Assembly (NCBI GenBank): GCA_964016885.1
Contig: CAXHJY010000522.1
Span: forward strand, 1 to 64,000
Direction of reading: 5' to 3'
From: Eledone cirrhosa
Taxonomy: Eukaryota
Length of the DNA stretch: 64,000 bases
A program made the translations under genes and the position numbers. Shown here piece after piece: positions 34,434-49,476 of the stretch. Position 1 is the stretch's first letter, and each line of letters starts with the position of its first letter. Under the pieces are notes generated by a model. The model was not told the origin of the DNA, did not search any database, and saw nothing but the letters and a program-made list of their open reading frames with translations.

Positions 34434-34569
34434 TCCTTTGTCAGTGTTGAATAAACGAGCAACGATGGTTGCTAGACACTACGGCTTAATACGGGATGTT
34501 TGTTTACAAACACACCGACCATTATAATAAATGTTCGGTGAATCCATACGTACATATATATATGTGTGC

Positions 34570-34612
<43 letters not shown>

Positions 34613-34717
34613 CTACTGTACGTCTGTATACATATATGTATGTACGTGTACATACTTATATTTAAGTAACAGCCTTACTAAGATCGAGAAATGAAATTTC
34701 GTTTCATTTTTTCCGTT

Positions 34718-34799
<82 letters not shown>

Positions 34800-34849
34800 T
34801 ATACATATATACATATACATATATATACATATACATATATATACATATA

Positions 34850-35464
34850 TGTTGGTATGGTCACGTGATGCGCATGAAGGATGATAGCTGTATAACAAAG
34901 TGCAGGGCAATAAAGATAGACGGTAGCCACGGAATAGGCAGACCCAGAAAAACCTGGGACGAGCTGATAAACTCCGACCTCACACACTTACACCTCACCA
35001 AGACAATGTCACTGGACCGAGACCTTTGGCGGTACTCAGTAATAGAGAAGACCCGCCTTACCTAAATACAAAGTAAAACCTACTACAGTCAGTAGGCATC
35101 TCTAACAAAATACACCCCCGTCCCACCACCCCCACCCCATCCACACCACCCCCTTCTATGTAAAGTTATGTTGGTGCCACACCATCCAGGCCGAAACAAA
35201 TGAGATCGTGTAGGTGTCACGACAAAAAACACACAGTCCACGCTATAATGTGGCCGTGTAGGCAACACGGTAAAAACCTCCCAGACCCACACTGTAAATG
35301 TGGTTGGTGTTAGGAAGGGCATCCAACTGTAGAAAACCTGCCAGACAGTCCTATGCGAGCAAGACAATCACTCTTGCCTCAAGTGGGAATACCCCCGTCC
35401 AAACCCATGCAAGCGTGGAACATGGACGTTAAACGTTGATGATGATGATGATGATGATGATGAT
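34850..35464 (+). mobile_element. RTE family A 3' end
   Basis: WYGHV...KTRLT*, 3' UTR and (TGA)n. Confidence 0.93.
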
Positions 35465-35549
35465 ACATATATATACATATACATATATATACATATATAC
35501 ATATATATACATATATATACATATACATATACACATATATAGATATACA

Positions 35550-35575
<26 letters not shown>

Positions 35576-35581
<6 letters not shown>

Positions 35582-37075
35582 GAATTCACAGGAATCAAAG
35601 CTATGTTCAAAGCATTTATTAGCTTACAATTGTTTCATCCAAACCGGGGGTGCAGTCTTCGGAGCATTTTTCAATGTTTGTATACATACATGACCTCCTT
35701 TCCAACGCAAGAGACATACAGATACATATGTATATATTGATGTAGAGTCGGGTGACATATATTATATTATATTTCTGAATGGCAATTTAAATTCAAAAAT
35801 TAAAATCACATTAAAACAGAATCAAAGCAAAATTAAAATAAAAATAAGAATACAACATCAATGCAAATTTAAAATATAATCGGCAGTTAACGTAGATAAT
35901 GTAAGAGGATAGTTTGTTAGTCAGTTGTAGTAGTTATTGTATGCATTAGTTACACGTGGGGCATGCACGTGTGTCTTATTTATATATGATTATTGTGTGG
36001 CAGGGTGTTATATGTAATACAAGCACATAATACAAGAGTATTATGGAGGTTGTAGTGGTAAGGCTTTTTTTGTATATGATAAAGAAGCTTGTGTGCAGAA
36101 AAATAGTATAAATGAGAAGCAAAAAAATGTTATGGTGATTAATCACACACATACTTCCGGATAATAAAACGATGTAAATTCTTGCAACAGAAACAACCTG
36201 CTCTATAAAATTGGATTAAAGAAGACTGAGCTGCAACAAGCTAAATAATTTAACTTAATACATCAAACACCCAATACGGAATCATAGTTAATTATGTGAA
36301 GGACATATACATTATATATTACGCTTCCTGAATGTGAAAATGGTGGTGTATACAAAAACCATAACATTTTTTTGCTTCTCATTTATACTTTTTTCTGCAC
36401 ACAAGCTTCTTTATCATATACAAAAAATACCTTACCACTACAACCTCCATAATACTCTTGATTACCCGCTTAAAGTGCTTGTATTACATATAACACCCTG
36501 CCGCACAATAATCATATATAAATAAGACACACGTGCATGCCCCACGTGTAACTAATGCATACAATAACTACTACAACTGACTAACAAACTATCCTCTTAC
36601 ATTATCTACGTTAACTGCCGATTATATTTTAAATTTGCATTGATGTTGTATTTTTATTTTTATTTTGCTTTGATTCTGTTTTAATGTGATTTTAATTTTT
36701 GAATTTAAATTGCCATTCAGAAATAATATAATATATGTCACCCGACTCTACATCAATATATACATATGTATCTGTATGTCTCTTGCGTTGGAAAGGAGGT
36801 CATGTATGTATACAAACATTGAAAAGTGCTCCGAAGACTGCAAGCCTCGGTTTGGATGAAACAATTGTAAGCTAATAAATGGTTTGAACATAGTTTTGAT
36901 TCCTGTGAATTCTATATAACTGCTCTGTAGAACAACTAATATTATTACATTGAGCTATTTATGTTACTGGTAATAAAGTAGTAATAAATTACTGTCTTTC
37001 ACTGTTTAGGGTTTAAAATATATATAACTATAAAAAGTTTTAGTATATACATAACCATAAATAGTATCCTTAATA
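35576..37075 (+). mobile_element. Non-coding PLE-like remnant with 560-bp inverted repeat
   Basis: 35576-36136 is the reverse complement of 36358-36918. Hammerhead-like motif in both arms, ACATTGAG motif at 36947 and (TA)n flanks. Confidence 0.65.
36828..36872 (+). ncRNA. Variant hammerhead (CCGAAGA core); mirror copy at 35622-35665 (-)
   Basis: GCT-CCGAAGA-hairpin-GAAA-CAATTG-TA-AGC. Confidence 0.55.
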
Positions 37076-38056
37076 CTACATATATATATATACATATATA
37101 TAGATATATACATATATATATACATATACATATATACATATATATATACATATACATAGATATATACATATAGATATATACATATATATAGATATATACA
37201 TATATATAGATATATACATATATATATATACATACATATATATATATACATATAGATATATACATATATATAGATATATTCATATAGATATATACATATA
37301 TATATAGATATATATCATCATCATCATCATCAGATATATACATATATATATATAAATATATATGTATATATATAGATATATACATATATATAGATATATG
37401 GTGGCTGCCAACTCGTTTTCGAGTACGGCCACTACTTTATATCCATGTAGGAGAACCCCTACCGATGTGCTGAACGAGTGTGACTTTTTAGTCCAGCCAG
37501 CGACTTGAAAACTCTGGTACAAACACGACACTTTTGACAATTATTGACACCTAGTGATGGCCCCATGTTACCCAATATATATATACATATATTTTTACAT
37601 ATATATAGATATATACATACATATATACATATATATATACATATATATATATACATATATACATACATATATACATACACATATACATACATATATACAT
37701 ACATATATACATACGTATATATATACATATATACATACATATATACATACATATATACATACATACATATATACATACATATATACATACATATATTTCA
37801 TACATATATTTCATACATATATACATACATATATATATATACATATATATATACATAGATACATACATATATACATACATATATATACATATATACATAC
37901 ATATATATATACATATATACATACATATATATATACATATATTCCATACATACATATATGTATACATATATACATACATACATATACATGGAGGCATTCA
38001 TTTCATTTCATTTTACGTCCGCTTTTTCCCTATATATATATACATATATATATATA

Positions 38057-38100
<44 letters not shown>

Positions 38101-38390
38101 CACATATATATATACATATATATATATACATATATATATATACATATATATATACACATATATATACACATATATATACATATATATATATACACATATA
38201 TATTTACAAATATATATATACACATATATATATACATATATATATATACACATATATATATACATATATATATATACACATATATATATACACATATATA
38301 TATACATATATATATATACACATATATATATACATATATATATACATATATATATACACATATATATACATATATATATATACACATATA

Positions 38391-38424
<34 letters not shown>

Positions 38425-38719
38425 CACATATATATATACATATATATATATACATATATATATATACATATATATATACACATATATATACACATATATA
38501 TACATATATATATATACACATATATATTTACATATATATATATACACATATATATATACACATATATATATACATATATATATATACACATATATATATA
38601 CATATATATATATACACATATATATATACACATATATATATACATATATATATATACATATATATATATACACATACATATAGACATATATATATACATA
38701 TATACATATGTATATATAC

Positions 38720-38750
<31 letters not shown>

Positions 38751-38751
38751 C

Positions 38752-38832
<81 letters not shown>

Positions 38833-38833
38833 C

Positions 38834-38880
<47 letters not shown>

Positions 38881-38998
38881 CATATATATATATATACATA
38901 TATATACATACATATATATACAAATATATATAGACATATATATACATATATATATACATATACATATACATATATATATACATATACATATATACATA
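37076..38998. repeat. (TA)n/(TAGA)/(TACA) arrays with small retroelement tails
   Basis: Interrupted by 37400-37573 and a SINE tail at ~37990-38030. Confidence 0.9.
37400..37573 (-). mobile_element. 3' end of the C2H2-ending RTE-like family
   Basis: Similar to 14819-14990. Encodes CRVCTRVFKSLAGLKSHTRSAH. Confidence 0.8.
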
Positions 38999-41407
38999 TC
39001 ATCATCATTGTTTTACGTCCGTTCTTCCACGCTAGCATGGGTTAGACGGGTTGTCCTGTTGTGGGCAGTGTCTGGTCGGCTGACCATGCCTTGCTCAGAC
39101 AGGAACTGATTTGGCTTGATTTCTACAGCTGGATGCCCTTCCTAACACCAACCTCATTTACAGTGAGTGCTGGGTGCTTTTTCGTGGCTACACGTCCACT
39201 TTACAGTGTAGGCTGGGTGCTTTTTTGCCGTGTCACCTCCACGACCACCTTGCGGTGGGAGGGTGTGGGGGCATATTGACTGTATGCTTCAGCTTGTACC
39301 CATGGGAGGTTGGATACTCTGTATTTCTGCGTGACGCCAGAAGTCACGGTCGTGTATCATCGCCTTTGAGAGGTGTAATTGGGTAAGGTCGGCTTTTATC
39401 ACCTCATCCCAGGTCATCTTGTGTCTCCCCACTCCGCGGTTTCCATCGACTTCTAGTGCTTTGCACCTTTTTATGCAGCTGTCATCCTTCATACGCATCA
39501 CATGTCCATACCAGCGCAACCGCCTCTCCTGCACACAGCATTTGATTCCTCTTATGCTCAGTCGCTCTCTCAATTCATTTATGCTTTGTCGTTCGCGTAT
39601 ATAACTGTTACACATCAATCGGAGAATGCAGGCTTCGTTTCACTCTAATCTACGTAAGTCTTCCACCTTCAGCGCCCAGGTCTCACTACCATGCAACACC
39701 GCTGTTCGGATACAGGCATCATACAGTCTGCCTTTCATTTTGAGGGAGAAGCGTTTTGCAGCTAGCAGTGGTAGTAGTTCCCTAAACTTCTTCCATTTCG
39801 TTCTTACCCTAGTTATTGTACTTTCTGAACACCCACCTCCGCTGCTAATTCAGTCACCTAGGTAGCAGAAGCTGTCTACTGTTTCTACAGAGCCCTCCCA
39901 GAGATTGGTGGTACTTGTTTCCTGTGGCTGTTTGCTGCTTGCTGTCCCAGCACAGCTGCTGCATTTGAAGCCTACATTCTTAATGAAGCTTCCTGAGATC
40001 CCGCTACATCTCTTGTGTACCCATTGTTTGCATTTGGCGCAGAGAATGGAGTTCCTACCTACACCTTTCCTACATACTGAGTAAGGCCATTTACCTGGGG
40101 GATCTGGGTTCTGTTTTCTCGTCTACTTACAAGGACCTTAGTCTTTGTCATGTTGACTTTGAGACCCTTTCTTTCTAGTCCCTGCTTCCAAGTTTGGAAT
40201 TTCTTCTCTATATCTACCATAGATTCAGCTATAAGTGCGAGGTCATCAGCATACAGGAGTTCCCTTGGGCATCCGGTCTTAAACTCCTGCGTTATTGCCA
40301 GCAGGACTATGATGAACAGAAGTGGGCTAAGAACATAGGCCAGGTGGACCCCAACCTGTACGCTAAATTCCTCGCTATACTCATTGCTAATCCTAACTTT
40401 GCTGACTGCTCCCCTATACATGGCTTGTACCGCTTTCACAAGCCATTCATCTATTCCTAGTTTTTTAAGAGCCCACCAGATTACAGCACGTGGAACTCTG
40501 TCAAAGGCTTTCTCAAGGTAGACAAATGCCAAGTAGAGTGGCTTACTTTTAGCTAGGTACTTTTCCTGTAACTGCCTCACAAGGAAGAGGGCATCGGTGG
40601 TGCCTCTTCCTGGTACAAACCCAAATTGCATCTCGTCTATTTTCACCCGGTCCCTAATCAACTGTGCTATAACTCTTTCTGTTACTTTCATGACCTGGTC
40701 CATCAGTTTTATACCTCTATAGTTTCCTCTATCTAGTGCATCACCTTTACCTTTGTAGCAGTTGACAATGATGCTACTGCACCAATCTTTTGGTATGATA
40801 CCTTCTAGTATTACCTGGTTAACAATACGTGTGGTTATAGTGTGACCTACAGTATCTTGGCAGCTATACCCGATGGACCGGTTGCCTTCCCCATCTTCAT
40901 ATCTTTGATTGCCTTACTTACTACGTTGCTGCTGACTTGTACTGCTGGCCCCTCTATAGGGTCTACTTGGGGTAGGGTCTCTTCTTCCCATGCCTTCTCC
41001 TAATTTAGTAATCTATCATAATGACTCTTCCATGCATCTTTCTTCTCAGCACTTGTGAGGGCAAGCTCACCTTTATCATTCCGGATACACTTCTCTCCAA
41101 TGACATCACAACTATCTCTGACACACTGCCTCGCAATCTTGAACACCTCCTGTTTCTGGTCCTCACGTTGCAAAAGATGCTTGAATTTTCTATCCTCTGC
41201 TTCCCTCCTAACTAAGTATACTTGTCACCTAGCTTCCCTCTTGGTCTCTATGTAATGTACCCTGCTACCCCCATTCTTCCATTCTTTCCATGCCTGTCTC
41301 TTGGCCTTAACTGCCTCATCTACCTTATTGTTCCATCACCAAGTCACTCTCCTCCTGCTTGAGGTCTTATTCCAGCCCCAGACCTCATCCGTCGCCTCTA
41401 GTAAGTT
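38999..41407 (-). mobile_element. RTE family B, 5'-truncated and degenerate
   Basis: QFGF, LEKAFD and YADD motifs with frameshifts and stops. Distinct 3' UTR with (TGA)n. Confidence 0.93.
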
Positions 41408-41523
41408 ATACATATACATATATATACACATATATACGCACATATATATATACACATATATACGCACATATATACATATATACATATATACGCACATATA
41501 TACATATATACATATATACGCAC

Positions 41524-41556
<33 letters not shown>

Positions 41557-41577
41557 CACACACATATATATATATAT

Positions 41578-41618
<41 letters not shown>

Positions 41619-41657
41619 TATATATATATATATACACACATATATATATACACACAC

Positions 41658-41688
<31 letters not shown>

Positions 41689-41826
41689 TATATATATATA
41701 CACACACATATATATATATATATACACACACATATATATATATATATACACACACATATATATATATATACACACATATATATATATATATATACACACA
41801 TATATATATATATATATACACACATA

Positions 41827-42876
41827 TCATCATCATCATCATCATCACCGTTTTACGTCCGTTCTTCCACGCTAGCATGGGTTAGACGGGTTGTCCTGTT
41901 GTGGGCAGTGTCTGGTCGGCTGACCATGCCTTGCTCATACAGGAACTGATCTGGCTTGATTTCTACAGCTGGATGCCCTTCCTAACACCAACCTCATTTA
42001 CAGTGAGTGCTGGGTGCTTTTTCGTGGCGCCTACACGTCCACTTTACAGTGTGGGCTGGGTGCTTTTTTGCCGTGGCGCCTCCACGACCACCTTGCGGTG
42101 GGGGGGGGGGCATATTGTTTATATGCTTCAGCATGTACCCATGGGAGGTCGGGTACCCTGTATTACTGCGTGACGCCAGAAGTCACGGTCGTGTGTCATT
42201 GACTTTGAGAGGTGTAGTTGGGTAAGGTCGGCTTTTATCACCTCATCCCAAGTCATCTTGGGTCTCCCCACTCCGCGGTTTCCATCAACTTCTAGTGCTC
42301 TGCACCTTTTTATGCAGCTGTCATCCTTCATACGCATCACATGTCCATACCAGCGTAACCGCCTCTCCTGCACGCAGCATTTGATTCCTCTTATGCTCAG
42401 TCTCTCTCTCAATTCATTTATGCTTTGTCGTTCACGTATATTACTGTTACACATCCATCGGAGCATGCAGGCTTCGTTTCTCTCTAATCTACGTAAGTCT
42501 TCCACTTTCAGCGCCCAGGTCTCACTACCATGCAACATCGCTGTTCGGATACACGCATCATACAGTCTGCCTTTCATTCTGAGGGAGAAGCCTTTTGCAG
42601 CTAGCAGTGGTAGTAGTTCCCTAAACTTCTTCCATCCCGTTCTTACCCTAGTTATTGTACTTTCTGAGCACCCACCTCCGTTGCTAATTCGGTCACCTAG
42701 GTAGCAGAAGCTGTCTACTGTTTCTACAGGGCCCTCCCAGAGATTGGTGGTACTTGTTTCCTGTGGCTGTTTGCTTGCTGTTTCAGCACAGCTGCTGCAT
42801 GTGAATCCTACATTCTTAATTAAGCTTCCTGAGATCCCGCTACATCTCTTGTGTACCCATTGTTTGCATTTGGGGC
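41827..42876 (-). mobile_element. RTE family B 3' portion
   Basis: [12 protein letters not shown]...RLRWYGHV, 3' UTR and (TGA)n. Confidence 0.93.
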
Positions 42877-43113
42877 ATATATATATATACACACATATAT
42901 ATATATACACACATATTTGGGGCATATATATATATACACACATATATATATATATATACACACATATATATATATATACACACATATATATATATATATA
43001 CACACATATATATATATATATACACACATATATATATATATATACACACATATATATATATATATACACACATATATATATATATATATACACACATATA
43101 TATATATATATAT

Positions 43114-43198
<85 letters not shown>

Positions 43199-43271
43199 TA
43201 TATATAAACACACATATATATATATATATAGACACACACATATATATATATACACATATATATATATATAT

Positions 43272-45115
43272 ATCATCGTTAACTATTATAAGGGTAAAGG
43301 AGACGCCCTAGATAGGAGTAACTATAGAGGCATTAAATTAATCGACCAGGTCATGAAGGTCACTGAAAAAGTAATAGCGCAACTAATCAGAGAGAGAATT
43401 GACCTAGATGAAATGCAGTTCGGGTTTGTGTCAGGCAAAAGTACCACAGACGATCTTTTCATAGTACGACAACTACAGGAGAAGTACCTAGCTAAAGGTA
43501 AACCCCTCTACTTAGCTTTTGTCGACTTGGAGAAAGACTTCGACAGAGTCCCCCGCTCCATTATCTGGTGGGCTCTTAGAAAACTAGGCGTTGACGAATG
43601 GCTTGTGAGGGCTATACAAGCCATGTATAAAGAAACAGTCAGCAAGGTTAGAATTAACAACGAATATAGTGAAGAGTTTAGCGTAAAAGTTGGCGTCCAT
43701 CAGGGCTCTGTTCTCAGCCCCCTACTATTTATTATTGCCCTTCAGGCTATAACAGAGGAGTTCAAGACCGGCTGCCCATGGGAACTCCTATACGCAGACG
43801 ACCTGACACTCATAGCGGAATCAATGGCCGAGCTAGAGAAGAAATTCCAAACATGGAAGCACGGCCTAGAGTCAAAAGGACTTAAAATTAACCTGGCTAA
43901 GACTAAAGTTCTAGTTTGTAGGAAAGAAAACAAGGCGGCGGTCCCTTCTGGGAAATGGTCGTGCTCGGTGTGTAGGAAAGGCGTAGGTAGAAACTCCATT
44001 TTATGTCCTAAATGCAAAGTATGGGTGCATAAAAGATGTAGTGGGATCACAGGTAAGCTAACTAAGAACATAGATTTTACATGTGGCCGGTGTTCTGGTG
44101 CAATAAGTAGCAGCAAGTGCCCACAAAATACTAGCTCTTTCAATTGCGCAGAGGGTTCTATAGAAATAGTGGACAGCTTCCGTTACCTGGGCGATAAAAT
44201 CAGCAGTGGGGGAGGGTGCTCTGAAAGTACAGTAGCTAGAGTCAGAACTGGTTGGAAAAAGTTCAGAGAGCTTATACCACTATTAGCTGCTAAAGGGTTC
44301 TCCCTAAAAATGAAAGGCAGATTGTACGATGCCTGCATACGAACAGCAATGTTGCATGGCAGTGAGACCTGGGCATTGTGTGCAGAGGATATACGCAGAC
44401 TAGAGAGGAACAAAGCTTGCATGCTCCGCTGGATGTGTAACAGCAATATACGTGAACGGCAAAGCATAAACGAACTAAGGAAAAAATTAGAGATAAGAGG
44501 GATCAGATGTTGTTTACTCGAGAGAAGGCTACGTTGGTATGGACACGTGATGCGCATGAAAGTCGATAGCTGTATAACAAAGTGCAGGGCAATAAAGATA
44601 GACGGTAGCCACGGAATAGGCAGACCTAGAAAAACCTGGGACGAGCTGATAAAGTCCGACCTCACACACTTACACCTCTCCAAGACAATGTCACTGGACC
44701 GAGACCTTTGGCGGTACTCAGTAACAGAGAAGACCCGCCTTGCCAGTAGGCATCTCTAACAAAATACACCCCGTCCCGCCACCACCCCCACCCCATCCAC
44801 ACCACCCCGTTCTATGTAAAGTTATGTTGGTGCCGCGCCATCCAGGCCAAAACAAATGAGATCGTGTAGGTGTCACGACAAAAAAACACACAGTCCACGC
44901 TGTAATGTGGCCGTGTAGGCAACACGGTAAAAACTTCCCAGACCCACACTGTAAATGTGGTTGGTGTTAGGAAGGGCATCCAACTGTAGAAAACCTGCCA
45001 GACAGTCCTATGCGAGCAAGACAATCACTCTTGCCTCAAGTGGGACTACCCCTGTCCAAACCCATCCAAGCGTGGAACACGGACGTTAAACGTTGATGAT
45101 GATGATGATGATGAT
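43272..45115 (+). mobile_element. RTE family A, 5'-truncated, open RT frame
   Basis: Uninterrupted frame from IIVN through YADD, PHD-like finger and RLRWYGHV to 44759. 3' UTR and (TGA)n. Confidence 0.95.
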
Positions 45116-45120
45116 ATACA

Positions 45121-45515
45121 CATCATCATCATCAGGTTTAGTGTCCGTGTTCCACGCTTGCATGGGTTTGGACGGGGGTTTTCCCACTTGAGGCAAGAGT
45201 GGTTGTCTTGCTCGCATAGGACTGTCTGGCGGGTTTTCTACAGTTGGATGCCCTTCCTAATACCAACCACATTTACAGTGTGGGGCTGGGAGGTTTTTAC
45301 CGTGTTGCCTACACGGCCACATTACAGCGTGGACTGTCTGGCGGGTTTTCAACAGCTGGATGCCCTTCCTAACACCAACCACATTTACAGTGTGGGGCTG
45401 GGAGGTTTTTACCGTGTTGCCTACACGGCCACTGGATGTTGTGGGACCAACATAACTTTACATTGAAAGGGGTGGTGTGGATGGGGTGGAGGTGGTGGGA
45501 CGGGGGTGTGTTTTG
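45121..45515 (-). mobile_element. RTE family A 3' UTR with internal duplication
   Basis: Tail-to-tail with the preceding copy. ~45219-45318 is repeated at ~45331-45432. Confidence 0.88.
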
Positions 45516-45526
45516 ATATATATATA

Positions 45527-46540
45527 TAGCTCTTTCAATTGCGCAGAGGGTTCTATAGAAATAGTGGACAGCTTCCGTTACCTGGGCGATAAAATCAGCA
45601 GTGGGGGAGGGTGCTCTGAAAGTACTGTAGCTAGAGTCAGAACTGGTTGGAAAAAGTTCAGAGAGCTTATACCACTATTAGCTGCTAAAGGGTTCTCCCT
45701 AAAAATGAAAGGCAGGTTGTACGATGCCTGCATACGAACAGCAATGCTGCATGGCAGTGAGACCTGGGCATTGTGTGCAGAGGATATACGCAGACTAGAG
45801 AGGAACGAAGCTTGCATGCTCCGCTGGATGTGTAACAGTAATATACGTGAACGGCAAAGCATAAACGAACTAAGGAAAAAATTAGAAATAAGAGGAATCA
45901 GATGTTGTTTACTCGAGAGAAGGCTACGTTGGTATGGACACGTGATGCGCATGAAAGTCGATAGCTGTATAACAAAGTGCAGGGCAATAAAGATAGACGG
46001 TAGTCACGGAATAGGCAGACCTAGAAAAACCTGGGACGAGCTGATAAACTCTGACATCACACACTTACACCTCTCCAAGACAATGTCACTGGACCGAGAC
46101 CTTTGGCGGTACTCAGTAACAGAGAAGACCCGCCTTACCTAAATATATAGTAAAACCTACTCCAGCCAGTAGGCATCTCTAACAAAATACACCCCGTCCC
46201 ACCACCACCACCCCCACCCCATCCACACCACCCCGTTCTATGTAAAGTTATGTTGGTGCCGCGCCATCGAGGCCGAAACAAATGAGATCGTGTAGGTGTC
46301 ACGACAAAAAAACACACAGTCCACGCTGTAATGTGGCCGTGTAGGCAACACGGTAAAAACCTCCCAGACCCACACTGTAAATGTGGTTGGTGTTAGGAAG
46401 GGCATCCAACTGTAGAAAACCTGCCAGACAGTCCTATGCGAGCAAGACAATCACTCTTGCCTCAAGTGGGACTACCCCCGTCCAAACCCATGCAAGCGTG
46501 GAACACGGACGTTAAACGTTGATGATGATGATGATGATGA
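45527..46540 (+). mobile_element. RTE family A 3' portion
   Basis: SSFNCAEG...KTRLT*, 3' UTR and (TGA)n. Confidence 0.94.
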
Positions 46541-47932
<1,392 letters not shown>

Positions 47933-48006
47933 TGTCACAAACAGTCATGGCCAGCATAGACTGGTCTTAGGATTCTTTCGATCGATTGGTTATTGATTAG
48001 GCGATA

Positions 48007-48116
48007 CCCGCTGATGAAGCCGCATAAGCTGATTGTGCATTGTAGCATAATATATGCAGACAGATGGTGCAGTGCACCTTACTGCTGCATTAGTGCTGCA
48101 GAAACTCGAGTCCGGG
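48007..48116 (+). ncRNA. Type I hammerhead ribozyme with extended helix II
   Basis: CCCG-CTGATGA-83 nt-GAAA-CTCGAG-TC-CGGG, with a GUC triplet. Confidence 0.82.
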
Positions 48117-48850
48117 AACCTTATAGGCACCCATTTTACGTGTGTTGTGTTGAGGCAAATAACTATGTGTATACTCTGGTAATGTATCTTATATTGCCCA
48201 TTGATTGCGCTGAGATACAACCGGTACTGGCATTGATAAATATGCTGGGTTCGTCAACCCTTATTATTATTATCTCCCAACCAGCACACTATTGAATGTA
48301 AGTTAAACAATTTTTCACTTTTTATTGTGATTTTGTTTTGATATGCACTCTTTTTTCCTGCTATTAATTTTGTCTCTCACTCTTTCAAGTTGTGAAACAG
48401 ACTGGTTATCTACGCACGCAGCTGACACATTTCAGCTCGCTACTATATTGCTATATAATGGATGATCGCATTTAAAGTCTGTTAAAGATTCTTGGCACTA
48501 CCATTGTTACCATCGCTTTCCTCTAGCCATGGGGTTTAGAGACATGAACCGAATGTTACCATTCTATTTTATATCAATGTGAACTGCTATTTCTAATGGC
48601 CATCTTTTCACCCCTTGATAATTTGTGTGTGAGTCACGTTGGCTGAGACTTCTGACAGGAACAAAAAGATTGATTCTTTTTAGCTTCCCGTCCCCACGTA
48701 AAATTTGTAAATCAGTGGCTAGTTGAGGGATAGAGTCCTATCGGGTGCCAGTTGCTAATAGCTTTACCGTGTCAGTCGTCACAAACAGTCATGGCTGGCA
48801 TAGACTGGCCTTAGGATTCTGTCGATCGATTGGTTATTGATTAGGCAATA

Positions 48851-48960
48851 CCCGCTGATGAAGCCGCATAAGCTGATTGTGCATTGTTGCATAATATATG
48901 CAGACAGATGGTGCACTGCACCTTACTGCTGCATTAATGCAGCAGATACTCGAGTACGGG
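48851..48960 (+). ncRNA. Degenerate hammerhead copy (GATA for GAAA)
   Basis: CCCG-CTGATGA...GATA-CTCGAG-TA-CGGG. Confidence 0.6.
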
Positions 48961-49097
48961 AACCTTATAGAATAAATTTGTGCATACTCTGGGAATGTAT
49001 CTTACATTGCCCATGGCGTACACTGAGATACAACCGGTACTGGCATTGATAAATATGCTGGGTCCGTCAACCCATAGAGAGAGAGAGAGAGAGAGAG

Positions 49098-49476
49098 AGG
49101 CACATGGCTTAGTGGTTAGAGCATTGGCCTTGCAATCGAAAGGTTGTGAGTTCAATTCACAGACCGAGTGATGTGTTTTTTCCTTGAGCAAGACACTTTA
49201 TTTCACATTGCTCCAGTTTACTCAGCTGTACAAATGAGATGATAGGACTGGGGTCCCTATCATTCCACTGCAAATTGGTCATGGATGTGCCACGGCAAAA
49301 AAGCAACCAACCCACACTGTAAAGTGGACATGTAGGCGCCACAAAAAAAAAAGCACCCAGCAATCACTGTAAATGATGTCGGTGTTAGGAAGGGCATCCA
49401 GCTGTAGAAATCAAGCCAGAATCAGTTCCCGTTCCACCCTTGCAAGCAGGGAAAAGCGGACGTAAAATGAATGATA
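49098..49476 (+). mobile_element. tRNA-head, CORE-like SINE with RTE-derived tail
   Basis: A-box TGGCTTAGTGG, B-box GTTCAATTC, TCCTTGAGCAAGACACTT and tail GGTGTTAGGAAGGGCATCCAGCTGTAGAAATCAAGCCAG shared with the RTE-B 3' UTR. Confidence 0.88.

Larger units (their letters stand above)
33956..34720 (+). mobile_element. Retrozyme-like tandem repeat (430-bp unit, ~1.8 copies)
   Basis: Same family as 27441-28143. Confidence 0.8.
47934..49073 (+). mobile_element. Non-autonomous hammerhead element with ~300-bp direct repeats
   Basis: 47934-48261 is similar to 48778-49073 (offset 844). Each repeat has a hammerhead motif. No coding capacity recognised. Confidence 0.7.
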
